Positions 30,937 through 40,615 are shown, counted from the stretch's first letter. The stretch: 64,000 bases of DNA from Candidatus Latescibacterota bacterium (GCA_965237525.1 CBDEFO010000006.1:256001-320000), one strand, 5' to 3'. Notes: generated by a model from the sequence alone, not told the origin. A program made the numbers and translations.

Positions 30937-32163
30937 ATGAGTCATTCACGGAAAGAGATCGCCCGGGTTGCTCCAAAGGCGTACGAATACGTCAAGGAGG
31001 TCCTGGACTTCGGCTTCCACAATGCCACTTCGGTAGGAATGACCGCCCGACTGGAGCGCGAGTTCGCGCAACGCTTCGGGCAGACCTACGGCATAGCTCA
31101 CTGCAACGGCACCGCCACGATGCAGAGCGCTCTCATGGCTGCCGGTGTGGGAGTCGGCGATGAGGTAATCGTGCCGGCCTTCACGGTGTTCTCCACCCCG
31201 GCGGCAGTGCTGCACTGTAATGCGGTTCCGGTCGTTGTGGATGTAGACGCAGATACGTGGACCGTGAGCGCGGTCGCTATTCACAAGCAGATTACCCCGC
31301 GAACGCGGGCGATTATTCCAGTTTCCATCTGCGGATTGCCGGCGGATCTCGACCCAATCATGAGATTAGCCGAGGAGCACGACCTTGTGGTTATAGAAGA
31401 CAATACCCAGTGCTTATTGGGCCAATACAAAGGGCGTGTTGCCGGATCTATCGGCCATTTCGCCAGCTTCAGCTTTCAGTCTTCCAAGACGCTCACCTGC
31501 GGTGACGGTGGCATTCTGATCTGTTCAGACGATTCGCTGGCCCTGGCAACCAGAAAGGCCGCCACCCTGGGATTCAAGGATCTCACCTTGAAACCGGGCG
31601 ATAACGCAGTCGCGGAACGCCTGCGGTGCCAGCCGGATTATCAGCGCCACGACACCGTAGGGTGGAACCAGCGCCTGCCTGAAATAGCGTCTGCGGTGGC
31701 TCTGGCTGAACTTGAGCGAATCAATGAACTGGCGGAGATGCGCACGCACAGCGCCATGGCGTTTGACCAGGTCGTGCAAGACTGCGAGTGGATTGTGCCG
31801 CAAGGAACTCCTGAAGAATATGTCAACGCCTACTGGAATTACGCGGCCCGAATCACGCGCGACGATATCGTCTGGGCAGATTTCCTGGCGACGTTCATCC
31901 AGCTTGGAGGCGACGGTTTCTACGGTGCCTATCAGCCCGCTCATCTTGAACCGGTTTTTGCAAGTCTGAACAGGGCAGTGGTTGAGAAGCCGGATCGCTA
32001 TCCCCAGTTCGCGGGCCGGTTGCCAGGCTATGAGCGTGGAACTTGCCCGGTCTGGGAAGAGATCCAGCCATGGATTATCATGCTGAAGACCAATTACTTT
32101 GACACTGTTGAAGCCGACCAGCAGGCGGAGATTCTTGCGGAAGCTATTAAGCGATTCGATTGA
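30937..32163 (+). CDS. DegT/DnrJ/EryC1/StrS aminotransferase
   Basis: NGTATM, GDEVIVP, IEDNTQ, FSFQSSKTLTCGDGG. Confidence 0.9.
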   Translation: MSHSRKEIARVAPKAYEYVKEVLDFGFHNATSVGMTARLEREFAQRFGQTYGIAHCNGTATMQSALMAAGVGVGDEVIVPAFTVFSTPAAVLHCNAVPVVVDVDADTWTVSAVAIHKQITPRTRAIIPVSICGLPADLDPIMRLAEEHDLVVIEDNTQCLLGQYKGRVAGSIGHFASFSFQSSKTLTCGDGGILICSDDSLALATRKAATLGFKDLTLKPGDNAVAERLRCQPDYQRHDTVGWNQRLPEIASAVALAELERINELAEMRTHSAMAFDQVVQDCEWIVPQGTPEEYVNAYWNYAARITRDDIVWADFLATFIQLGGDGFYGAYQPAHLEPVFASLNRAVVEKPDRYPQFAGRLPGYERGTCPVWEEIQPWIIMLKTNYFDTVEADQQAEILAEAIKRFD

Positions 32164-32226
32164 GACTACGGATTCTATCCACTGCGTCGAGCGGGCACCA
32201 CGGATGCGGGGCCGCTCACGCATGAC

Positions 32227-32545
32227 GTTCGGGGGCGATCACTTTCTGATGGAATCGGACCCAGGAGCCGGAGTCTACAGTTGCGAAGATCCGCCCAATA
32301 ACTTCGTGGATCTAATCCTGGGCGTGAATGACATCTGCTGGACACCCGGCGAGGTCGGTATAAGAGCAATCGAGGTTCTGGACGCTGCCTATCGCTCGGA
32401 GCAGTCTGGACGGTCAGAATTCGTCTAACAAAAGCAGGCAGTCACAGGAACTACAAAGAAATAAAGTGTGGATAAAGCTGTCTCTTCTTATACTCAGAAA
32501 GGAATGAAAATGGCTCGTTCTGATTCACTACTTGTCTACCTAGCT
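32227..32545 (+). repeat. Junction repeat copy E, leading into the intact YtoQ-family gene
   Basis: Encodes FLMESDPGAGVYSCEDPPNNFVDLILG...IEVLDAAYRSEQSGRSEFV* followed by the same intergenic block. Confidence 0.92.
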
Positions 32546-32998
32546 GGCCACATCCACGGCGGCTGGCGCGAGCGTGTACGTCAACTCTGTGAAGAGCGCA
32601 ACCTTCCGGTCATCTTCAAAGGTCCGTCTGAGGACCACGCCCGAAGCGACGCCATAGGTGTGGAAATCCAGGGTATTACCGAAGACAATGTCGGATCCTC
32701 CAAGTACTTCTCCAGAGTCCAAGACGACCTCGGCGGAAGGATCAACGACCTGCGCACCGGTATCTGGATCTCCAAATGCGACGTCCTGATCGCCTTCTTT
32801 GACGAAGAGCAGAAAGGCTTGCGTCAGTGGAACACCGCCAGCGACATCGCAGAAGCCGCCCGCCACGGTAAGCCCATTATTGTAGTTCACGGCCCCGGGT
32901 TCCAACACTCCCTGAAAGAAGTGGACGGCCGTGCCGACGTGATCGTTGAAACCCTCGAACAGGCTGTGGAAGTCTTTGCGTACATCTGTGAGGAATAA
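32510..32998 (+). CDS. YtoQ family protein (nucleoside deoxyribosyltransferase-like fold)
   Basis: VYLAGHIHGGWRE, DHARSD, QWN, HSLKEVD motifs; AGAAAGGA RBS. Confidence 0.8.
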   Translation: MARSDSLLVYLAGHIHGGWRERVRQLCEERNLPVIFKGPSEDHARSDAIGVEIQGITEDNVGSSKYFSRVQDDLGGRINDLRTGIWISKCDVLIAFFDEEQKGLRQWNTASDIAEAARHGKPIIVVHGPGFQHSLKEVDGRADVIVETLEQAVEVFAYICEE

Positions 32999-33118
32999 GA
33001 CAAATAGTCTTGTCACAGGCAGTGACGAGGTACAACCTATGTTCCGCTCACTGGCTTATCTCGTACCGCTGAAGAAGCATCTGAATCCTGATCAACTGCA
33101 CCAAGAGTAACCTTCCTA

Positions 33119-33544
33119 CTATTTCTCTCCCTTGGACCGCAGGGCATCTACAGAATACCGATCATCTTTAGAAGTCGTAAGCGCAAAGGCCGTTATCAGG
33201 ACATATATGGCATTGCGGGCCACAACCGAAGGGTCCCCCTGAACGACCATTCCGAACACAAGTAGTACGCTCAGAACTCCTATTACAACGAGGGCCTTGC
33301 GGGTAAATAAGCCGATTATGAGCAGCGCTCCGCCTATTGCCTCTACGAAGGGAAGCGCATAGACAAAGGGATAGAGCAGAACAGAAGGAAGCCACGTCTG
33401 GCTGAAATTTTTGAGCATTCCCTCTGCGTATCCGCTGTAGTCGGGGAATTTGCCTATACCGAAGAAGAGGAACACGACCCCAAGAGCAAGCCGCAAAAGC
33501 AGTGTGGCAAGGCTATTATCAGATCTGCTGCGGTCTTCGTCCAT
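33119..33544 (-). CDS. DoxX family membrane protein
   Basis: LLLRLALGVVFLFFGIGK...E..GG.LLIIGLFTR...YSVD. Confidence 0.88.
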   Translation of the reverse strand: MDEDRSRSDNSLATLLLRLALGVVFLFFGIGKFPDYSGYAEGMLKNFSQTWLPSVLLYPFVYALPFVEAIGGALLIIGLFTRKALVVIGVLSVLLVFGMVVQGDPSVVARNAIYVLITAFALTTSKDDRYSVDALRSKGEK

Positions 33545-33562
33545 TCTGTTCTCCTTTGTTTC

Positions 33563-33903
33563 TTAAACTGGCTGAAAAGTGACGATCACTAAAGAACCGA
33601 TAACCAGGAATACAAAACCCAGAGTGTAGATAAGAGTCAGCGTTAAGACTCTCCAGCTTTTCGCATGGCCATAATCGTCAATCACTGTTCTCAAGCCGTT
33701 CAACCCGTGCAGAAGAGGTCTTGAGTGTAGCGACCCGCCACGAAATCGTAATTGATCTCGTCCACGTTATGGATAATGTGCATTGCGGCTAAATATCAAA
33801 GGGCCAAGAATAAGAGTAGAACTCCTGAAACTGTCATAAAAAACCACGTGTAGAGTTCAAATCCACCCGTCGGCCTCGGTATTGAAATCCCGACAGCGTT
33901 CAT
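33563..33903 (-). pseudogene. sdhD: Succinate dehydrogenase hydrophobic anchor subunit pseudogene
   Basis: GFELYTWFFMTVSGVLLLFLAL*...INYDFVAGR, then a deletion/frameshift, then LHGLNGLRTVIDDY. Confidence 0.75.
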
Positions 33904-33921
33904 CTCGGACGTCTCCTTATC

Positions 33922-34269
33922 TTACAGGATCGGCATAAGCATAACGATAGCCGCAGGAACAAAGATGATGACAAAGATCCCCGCAACTGCGTAGAACATC
34001 TGTCTTTGAAACTTGGTAGATTCTGTCCAGAAGTCTATGATTATAATGTGGATGCCGTTTAAGGCGTGGTAGAGCACGGCTCCCGCAAGCAAAACTTCGC
34101 CCACACGGAACACCGGCTTCGTATAAAGGGCAACGAACCTGTTGTAGACCTCAAGCCCCCATGCTATTGGCATCGTATCTCAAATATGGATCAGCAGAAA
34201 GAGTAGAATCCCATGCCCCGATATGCGATGAAGTATCCACGACCACATTCCTTCCCCTCCCCTGTACAT
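33922..34269 (-). pseudogene. sdhC: Succinate dehydrogenase cytochrome b556 subunit pseudogene
   Basis: MYRGGEGMWSWILHRISG...IHI*DT with an in-frame TGA at 34180-34182; YHALNGI..IIIDFW. Confidence 0.8.
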
Positions 34270-34339
34270 ATCCCTCCTCCTTTCAAATCAGGCGCTGACT
34301 CCGTGCGGGTCGCCGACTCTGGAATCAATTTCAAAAGAC

Positions 34340-34378
34340 AAAAAGTGCCTCACATAGTCCAGCACAATGTGAGGCACT
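34340..34378 (-). terminator. Rho-independent terminator after mdh
   Basis: agtgcctcacat/atgtgaggcact 12-bp stem followed by a T tract on the minus strand. Confidence 0.75.
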
Positions 34379-34436
34379 CAAACAGCTAGACAGCAAACGG
34401 GGCATTCCTGCTCCTGCCCTACTACTGTCTACTTAC

Positions 34437-35360
34437 TTATACGTCCAGCTTGCCCATGTTAGTCTTCACTGCTCCAGCCGACTTGTGGAGCGCTTCCTTC
34501 TCCTCTTTAGTCAGCCCAATTTCAATAATCTCTTCGACGCCATTTTTGCCCAACTTCACAGGAACGCCTACATAGACATCATTCAGTCCATATTCTCCCG
34601 TCAGCCAGGCGGCGCAGGGCAATATGCGCTTCTTATTCTTTACAATAGCTTCGACCATCTGAACTGTGGCTGAAGACGGGGCGTAGTATGCGCTTCCTGC
34701 CTTGAGGTAGTTTACTATCTCGGCGCCGCCATCTCTCGTCCTCTGGACCAGCCTGTCTATCGTAGGTTGAGACATCAACTCGGGGAGGGGTATTCCTGCG
34801 ACAGTTGAGTACCTCGGAAGAGGAACCATAGAATCTCCGTGCCCCCCCAACACACAGGCGGTCACATCCTTTACAGAGACGTCCAACTCTTCGGCTATAA
34901 ACAATCTAAAGCGCGCAGTGTCCAGAATGCCCGACTGTCCCATAACCTTTCTCGGCTCGAATCCTGTGACTTTGAGGGCAACATAAGTCATCACGTCCAG
35001 GGGATTGCTCACCACGATAACTATAGAATCGGGAGCGTTCTTGGCTATTTCCTGGCTCACCGACTCAACAATATCCGCGTTCATAGTCAGAAGGTCGTCT
35101 CTGCTCATGCCGGGTTTTCTCGGCAAGCCGGCCGTGACTACAACCACGTCCGACCCTTTGATATCGTCGTAACTGTTCGTGCCGACTATCTTTACATCGA
35201 ATCCCTCGACAGGGGATGACTGAGCCAGGTCCAATGCCTTTCCTATCGGCATACCTTCGATCACGTCGAACAGGATCACTTCATTTGAAAGCTCTTTTTG
35301 GGCTATCCACTGGGCTGTAGAGGCACCCACCTGTCCTGCGCCTATAACACTGATCTTCAC
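34437..35360 (-). CDS. mdh: Malate dehydrogenase (LDH-like)
   Basis: [41 protein letters not shown]. Confidence 0.96.
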   Translation of the reverse strand: MKISVIGAGQVGASTAQWIAQKELSNEVILFDVIEGMPIGKALDLAQSSPVEGFDVKIVGTNSYDDIKGSDVVVVTAGLPRKPGMSRDDLLTMNADIVESVSQEIAKNAPDSIVIVVSNPLDVMTYVALKVTGFEPRKVMGQSGILDTARFRLFIAEELDVSVKDVTACVLGGHGDSMVPLPRYSTVAGIPLPELMSQPTIDRLVQRTRDGGAEIVNYLKAGSAYYAPSSATVQMVEAIVKNKKRILPCAAWLTGEYGLNDVYVGVPVKLGKNGVEEIIEIGLTKEEKEALHKSAGAVKTNMGKLDV

Positions 35361-35379
35361 TGTAGATTTCTCCCTGTCT

Positions 35380-35631
35380 TCAAGCGTAAACGCTTACTTT
35401 CTTCTTACTTTTTCCCATTGGCTCGTAGCTAACCTTCCCATCTATCAGGGCAAAGAGTGTATAGTCTCTACCCAGGCCTACGTTATTCCCGGGATGGCAC
35501 TTGGTCCCCTTCTGTCTTACCAGGATAGTTCCGGACGTAACAGTCTGTCCGTCAAATCTCTTGACCCCTAATCTTTGACCTTTGCTGTCCCTGCCATTTT
35601 TGGAACTTCCTACACCCTTCTTATGAGCCAT
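35380..35631 (-). CDS. rpmA: 50S ribosomal protein L27
   Basis: [16 protein letters not shown]...GRDYTLFAL. Confidence 0.98.
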   Translation of the reverse strand: MAHKKGVGSSKNGRDSKGQRLGVKRFDGQTVTSGTILVRQKGTKCHPGNNVGLGRDYTLFALIDGKVSYEPMGKSKKKVSVYA

Positions 35632-35673
35632 TTAGTCTATCCTCCTAAACAAGTAGACAGGCCAGGGCCGAGG

Positions 35674-36030
35674 CTAAGTCAGTTGGGCATCAGCCTTTGG
35701 CTTTGTCTGCTTGCTGTCTGCTAATTCAATGTCATCAATTACGATCTCTGTGAATTCCTGTCTGTGTCCTCTTTTTCTCCTGTAGCCTTTTCTTCTTTTC
35801 ATCTTGAAGACGGTTATCTTGTCGCCTTTAGCGTGCGAAAGGACGGTAGCTTTGACCTTAACCCCATCCAAGAGGGGTTCTCCAATTTTAACTTCATCGT
35901 CAGCACATAAAAGAAGAACATCCTTTATCTCGAAGGATTCTCCCTCATCGAATCCAAGCTTGGGGATTTTGAACTTTTCTCCCTTTTCTACTTTGATCTG
36001 ATTTCCCGCTACCTCCACAACTGCATACAT
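35674..36030 (-). CDS. rplU: 50S ribosomal protein L21
   Basis: MYAVVEVAGNQ...KRRKGYRRKRGHRQ; adjacent to rpmA. Confidence 0.97.
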   Translation of the reverse strand: MYAVVEVAGNQIKVEKGEKFKIPKLGFDEGESFEIKDVLLLCADDEVKIGEPLLDGVKVKATVLSHAKGDKITVFKMKRRKGYRRKRGHRQEFTEIVIDDIELADSKQTKPKADAQLT

Positions 36031-36081
36031 ACATTAGCCTCCAGCCTTTAATCGTTTATAACAAGAACCCAAGGTATTAAA

Positions 36082-36110
36082 AAGATACGCAATCATACTG
36101 GCTCTGTCAA
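36082..36110 (-). promoter_or_regulatory. sigma70 promoter for rplU-rpmA-mdh
   Basis: TTGACA-17 bp-TATCTT on the minus strand. Confidence 0.65.
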
Positions 36111-36136
36111 GGCATTTCGATGCTCTACGAGCAGCT

Positions 36137-37672
36137 TTATGCTTTGAATTCATGGGTTATATCGTTTCCTTGTCTGAGGGAAAAGACCCTATATTCGTCT
36201 ATGGGAAGCTCAGGGTCTTCTTGGAGTTCTAACCTCACTTTTGCGACTTTTTCCAAAAGTTTCAATCTTCCCTTTTTGTTTTCTGTCAGGTATTCTCCGA
36301 CGGTTGGATGGACTCTAAGCTGTAGTTTGCGCTCCTTCATAGTTACCCTTGAGCGTTTAAGCCATCTTTCGATCTTTGTAACAGTCGTATCTCTGCCCTG
36401 GACTCTCCCGAGTCCGTTACACAGTGGACACGGCTCGCTGAAGGTATGAAGGAGGCTGGGTCTTACTCGCTGTCTGGTCATCTGGACGATCCCGAACTCG
36501 CTCATAGTCGATACATCGGTCTTGGAGCGATCTTTTCTCAGGGCTGCATTAATCTCATCCTGGACTCTCTTCCGGTCCTTGAAAGATGCCACGTCTATGA
36601 AGTCTATAACTATGATGCCTCCTATGTCTCTTAGCCTAAGTTGACGTGCTATCTCCATTGCAGCTTCCAGGTTGGTCTTCATGATGGTCTCCCCCTGGTT
36701 GGTCCTGCCTACATATCTTCCGGAGTTTACGTCCACAGTGACAAGGGCCTCTGTGTGGTCTATAACTATGAAACCGCCCCCCTTGAGCCAGACTTTGCGG
36801 TTGGAGGCCTTTTCTATTTCATCCTCGATCTGGAAAGCGTCGAAGATGGGTTTTCTGTTGGCGTAAAGTTCGACTCTGCTCCTGAGATGCGGGGCAACGG
36901 ACTTAAGGTAGGATAAGATCTGTTTGTATTCTCTCTTAGAGTCGGTTACTACACGGTCCACATCATCTGTGAAGAGATCCCTGATGATGCTGGAGGTCAT
37001 TCCCATTTCCTTGTGTATTATGGCAGGGGCTTTTGTCCTGTGTGCCCTCTTTTCGATTTTGGTCCAGATCTTAAAGAGGGTCCTTATATCTGATTTGAAC
37101 TCCCCTTCGCCCTTTCCCTTTCCGACTGTCCTTATAATTAAGCCGCACCCTTCGGGCTTGAGCCTCCCGATGATCTCTTTGAGCTTCCTCTTTTCGCTCC
37201 AGTTGACGATTTTTCGGGATATGCCGATGTGGTCCCCCCCGGGGACGAGGACTGTGAACCTTCCCGGCAGGGAAATCTCAGATGTTATCCTGGGTCCTTT
37301 GGTGCCTATAGGTTCCTTGGTGATCTGGACCAGAATCTCCTGACCCGTTTGGAGCATCTCTTGGATCGGAACAAATTTCTGTCTTTTTGAACGAGAATCG
37401 TCTTTTTTGTTGTTATCCCCGTTGTCGAAGTCGTACTCTTCATACGACTCAGCTACGTCGGAAACGTGCAAGAAGGCGCTTTTCTCGGTACCTATATCTA
37501 CAAAGGAAGCTTGCATCCCAGGAAGGACAGCTTTGACTATTCCTTTGTAAATGTCTCCGACCATCCTCTCATTTTCGGGGCGCTCCACTAATATCTCAAC
37601 GAGTCGCCCATCTTCTATAATAGCTATTCTGGTTTCGTGAATAGCCACGTTGATGATCATCTCTGTACGCAA
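36137..37672 (-). CDS. rng: Ribonuclease E/G family endoribonuclease (RNase G size)
   Basis: GDIYKG..VLPGMQASFVDIG S1 domain, TEALVTVDVNSG, RLRDIGGIIVIDFID, CPLCNG. Confidence 0.93.
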   Translation of the reverse strand: MRTEMIINVAIHETRIAIIEDGRLVEILVERPENERMVGDIYKGIVKAVLPGMQASFVDIGTEKSAFLHVSDVAESYEEYDFDNGDNNKKDDSRSKRQKFVPIQEMLQTGQEILVQITKEPIGTKGPRITSEISLPGRFTVLVPGGDHIGISRKIVNWSEKRKLKEIIGRLKPEGCGLIIRTVGKGKGEGEFKSDIRTLFKIWTKIEKRAHRTKAPAIIHKEMGMTSSIIRDLFTDDVDRVVTDSKREYKQILSYLKSVAPHLRSRVELYANRKPIFDAFQIEDEIEKASNRKVWLKGGGFIVIDHTEALVTVDVNSGRYVGRTNQGETIMKTNLEAAMEIARQLRLRDIGGIIVIDFIDVASFKDRKRVQDEINAALRKDRSKTDVSTMSEFGIVQMTRQRVRPSLLHTFSEPCPLCNGLGRVQGRDTTVTKIERWLKRSRVTMKERKLQLRVHPTVGEYLTENKKGRLKLLEKVAKVRLELQEDPELPIDEYRVFSLRQGNDITHEFKA

Positions 37673-37691
37673 TTCTTATCTCTCCCAAAGT

Positions 37692-37733
37692 AAAAACGTA
37701 AAAGGGCTGCGCCTGTCACACAGCCCTTTTACG
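37692..37733 (-). terminator. Intrinsic terminator just upstream of the RNase E/G start codon
   Basis: CGTAAAAGGGCTG/CAGCCCTTTTACG 13-bp stem plus TTTTT on the minus strand. Confidence 0.75.
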
Positions 37734-37849
37734 ATAAGCTCCTTGCGGTTATTCCCATACACCTTTGAAGTCCTGGCGTATGTACAAACCGAATTTCACA
37801 ATCTGATAAGCTGCAGCAATTATCTTTTGCGAAGGGCTGTCTTGTGCAA

Positions 37850-38326
37850 AGAGGAAAACCGGGAAGATATCGAGCCTTTAAAGGGGAGATTCAAATTAGG
37901 AGGGTAAATGACAATCTCACACCCTTTGTCCTACGAAAGTTCTTCGCCCACTGCGCCGCTCCGTGGGCTGTCGACAAAACCGCTATCACTTAGCGCCCCC
38001 CTGAAAAAAGGTTGGCACCGACGCGCGAAGTGCCCACACCGCCTTGGGGGGTTCCCCGAAGCTTCGGGGAACCCCAGTCAGCATGTTCTGTATATCCGGG
38101 AACCTACAAAGGGACGCAAGAAAAAGGGACAAGGAGTCTCCTACATATCCTTGCTGCCGCGTCATCTGTGCAACCTACGGGCGCTCAAATGACTGGCGAT
38201 TCCTATACAGACTTCGATTAGCCTACTTGAAGGGTCCTATCCTGTGTTGGGAAGAAAGTACTCCCAAGTTCCTCAAAATTGATATGATGACCCGTAATCT
38301 CGACTATTCGGTCCGGGAATTCCTCT
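37850..38326 (-). ncRNA. Candidate large structured non-coding RNA (~480 nt)
   Basis: Terminal pairing AGAGGAA/TTCCTCT, CCGG/CCGG, TCGAG/CTCGA; nested pairs 37921-26/38230-35 and 38088-94/38204-10; local hairpins at 37946-68, 37981-95, 38014-34, 38048-75, 38130-53, 38247-67; no credible ORF. Confidence 0.6.
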
Positions 38327-38459
38327 AATTGTTCTCAAAAGACGCACAAGTTCTAAGCAAAAGACACGATAACAAACCTGTTCTATATTATTTGGATCTT
38401 TGACGCTATGATTAAAGTTGCCGCTTATGTTACTTAAACAAAAAACATATTCTTAACTA

Positions 38460-38488
38460 AATATAAGAGAACGGGGACTTTTAAGCAA
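38460..38488 (-). promoter_or_regulatory. sigma70 promoter for the candidate ncRNA / rng leader
   Basis: TTGCTT-17 bp-TATATT on the minus strand. Confidence 0.6.
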
Positions 38489-38673
38489 GAGATTTCTCCT
38501 CGGGTCCCTATTGGAAATCCAAAACGACAGCGGCGTTGTATTTGAAGACATGGCTTACCATGCAGATCCTGTCTTTATCCTGCCTAAATTGGGCGCCTCA
38601 TGTTTCAAGCCTATCGTACCGATGTTAATATGATCACCCAAATTCTTCTCCTGACTTCTTTTGCAGCGGAATT

Positions 38674-39420
38674 TCAGTTCTGCTGCAACTTGCGGTGATT
38701 TATCCTTATCCTCACAAGGTCTCGGAGCATATGAGTGCCCTCTCTAGTTATGTTAAGCGTACTCCCCGGGACATCTCTCCACCGCACAGGCATCTCCTTT
38801 ACCCTGTATCCGAGTTTTTCAGCTAAATATAGCGTCTCCGAATCGAACATGTAGCGCTCTATTGTCAGGCGTCCGAACAGGTCTCTTGCGACTCGACCCT
38901 TGAAGAGCTTGAAACCACACTGAGTATCTGCGTAACCTACCCCGAGGATCGCATACCGGATAAAGTTGAAGATCTTTGCGGATTCTCGCCTGTAGAAGGG
39001 CTGAAAGACCTCTATTTTCGAGTCGACAAGGCGCTTTGAAGCTATGACAATATCGTAACCTTTATCCAGAAGCGGAAAGAACTTTTCCACCTCTTGGATC
39101 GGAGTAGACAGGTCTGCATCGGTAAAGAGGATATTCTTGCCTTTTGATCCCAATATGCCGCACCTGACAGCATATCCTTTGCCCCTGTTGGGAAAATAGC
39201 TTATGATCCTGGCGCCTTCCACCCCGTCAATTAGGGACCTGACTGCATCTTTAGTCCTATCTTTGCTCCCGTCATCTACAACGATCAACTCATATCTGTA
39301 AGCGGTTTTGTCCAGATACTCAAAGATAGCAGGAAGAGTCGAACCGATCCTCTTTTCCTCGTTGAAGGCAGGGACTACTACCGATAGATGAATATCCTCC
39401 AACACAAGTTGCTTATTCAC
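38674..39420 (-). CDS. GT2 glycosyltransferase (dolichyl-phosphate glucosyltransferase-like)
   Basis: SVVVPAFNEE, VDDGSKD, NRGKG, FTDADLS, DTQCGFK. Confidence 0.9.
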   Translation of the reverse strand: MNKQLVLEDIHLSVVVPAFNEEKRIGSTLPAIFEYLDKTAYRYELIVVDDGSKDRTKDAVRSLIDGVEGARIISYFPNRGKGYAVRCGILGSKGKNILFTDADLSTPIQEVEKFFPLLDKGYDIVIASKRLVDSKIEVFQPFYRRESAKIFNFIRYAILGVGYADTQCGFKLFKGRVARDLFGRLTIERYMFDSETLYLAEKLGYRVKEMPVRWRDVPGSTLNITREGTHMLRDLVRIRINHRKLQQN

Positions 39421-39453
39421 AAGGAGTTAAAACATTTTAACCGAGATGTCGAG

Positions 39454-40434
39454 TTATCCAACACAGGATAGCTTTGAATCCCCAAAGCCAGAGGAACCCT
39501 TGAGTGATCTGAAATATTCCACCGTCTCCTTCAAACCTTCCTCTACGGTCACAGAAGGTTGCCAGCCCAGAAGGGACTTCGCCCTATTATACGAAACCAC
39601 ATTCTTAAGAAGATCTCCCTGTCTTGGAGAACCGTAGTTTATCTTGCCCTCAAAGTCGGTAATGTCCGCTATCTTGAACCAGAGATCCTGTATGGTTATC
39701 CCATTATCTATTCCTATATTAAATGCGCCTTTGCCACCGTTCCCCAGAACCAGCAGATTGGCTTTAGCTACATCCTTCACATAGACAAAATCCCTTATAC
39801 AGCCCTCATCCCCTGTGTATTTTGCCCCGTTTACGGCAGGCGATTCCCCGCTTGTCATAGCCATACAAAAGATAGCCACCACAGAGGCCTCTCCACAAGG
39901 GTCCTGACGCGGCCCGTAGACATTGGAGTATCTTAAGATCGTGTAGCCGAGTCCATAGTGCTTGTTATAGTATCCAAGATAGAATTCTCCAGCTATCTTG
40001 GATGCCGCATAAGGAGAGGCAGGAGCTAAAAACGGAGAGTCCTCCTTTATAGGAATTTCAGCAGCCTCTCCGTAGACACATCCCCCCGAAGAGGCGAAGA
40101 TGATCTCCTTTACTCCAGCTCGTACGGATGCTTCAAGGAGACTTATAAAGCCTATAATGTTCACCTTTGCATCTGAAATTGGATCTTTGACAGAATCAGA
40201 GACACTCGCCCTGGCCGCGTGGTGATTTACGCAATCGGGCCTCTCCTCAGATAGAATTCCTCCTAATTTGTCGTCGGCAATATCTATGTCGTAGAATCTA
40301 ACTTTCGGGTTGAGGTTCTCCTTTTTCCCCGTGGAAAGATCGTCAACTACCACCACCTCATGCCCAGCTTCGATGTAGCTATCCGCAACGTGCGAACCGA
40401 TAAATCCGGCTCCTCCAGTTACCAATATTTTCAT
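39454..40434 (-). CDS. NAD-dependent epimerase/dehydratase (GalE-like)
   Basis: TGGAGFIGS, YAASK, NVYGPRQDP, RDFVYV. Confidence 0.92.
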   Translation of the reverse strand: MKILVTGGAGFIGSHVADSYIEAGHEVVVVDDLSTGKKENLNPKVRFYDIDIADDKLGGILSEERPDCVNHHAARASVSDSVKDPISDAKVNIIGFISLLEASVRAGVKEIIFASSGGCVYGEAAEIPIKEDSPFLAPASPYAASKIAGEFYLGYYNKHYGLGYTILRYSNVYGPRQDPCGEASVVAIFCMAMTSGESPAVNGAKYTGDEGCIRDFVYVKDVAKANLLVLGNGGKGAFNIGIDNGITIQDLWFKIADITDFEGKINYGSPRQGDLLKNVVSYNRAKSLLGWQPSVTVEEGLKETVEYFRSLKGSSGFGDSKLSCVG

Positions 40435-40615
40435 TCTGCTTGGTATTCCTCTCTATCCTCTTACTGTAGACAGAAATTGCAGCGGTTGCATGGGCGACAG
40501 ATCCACAGAATTAGGACGACTCGTAAAATAACATAAAGTCACATATTTGTCAAGCAGAAAAGCCAAAGCCCCACATACGAGATTGCTTCGCTGACCCTTT
40601 GCTGAGCTCTGGGCT

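Noticed and set aside
21999..32545. Junction repeats as a diversity-generating retroelement TR/VR pair
   Set aside because: Differences between copies are not adenine-specific, include indels and extend over intergenic DNA. There is no reverse transcriptase in the window.
24606..34182. In-frame TGA codons at likely Trp/Gly positions (REase, sdhC, sdhD), suggesting UGA reassignment
   Set aside because: Many intact genes here end in TGA (for example 8473, 18897, 32163), and sdhD carries other lesions. Ordinary nonsense mutations explain them.
37850..38326. RNase P RNA, tmRNA or 6S RNA identity for the structured region
   Set aside because: No GAGGAAAGUCC / AGAACCCGGCUUA P4 pair, no tRNA-like ends with CCA, and it is too long and branched for 6S.
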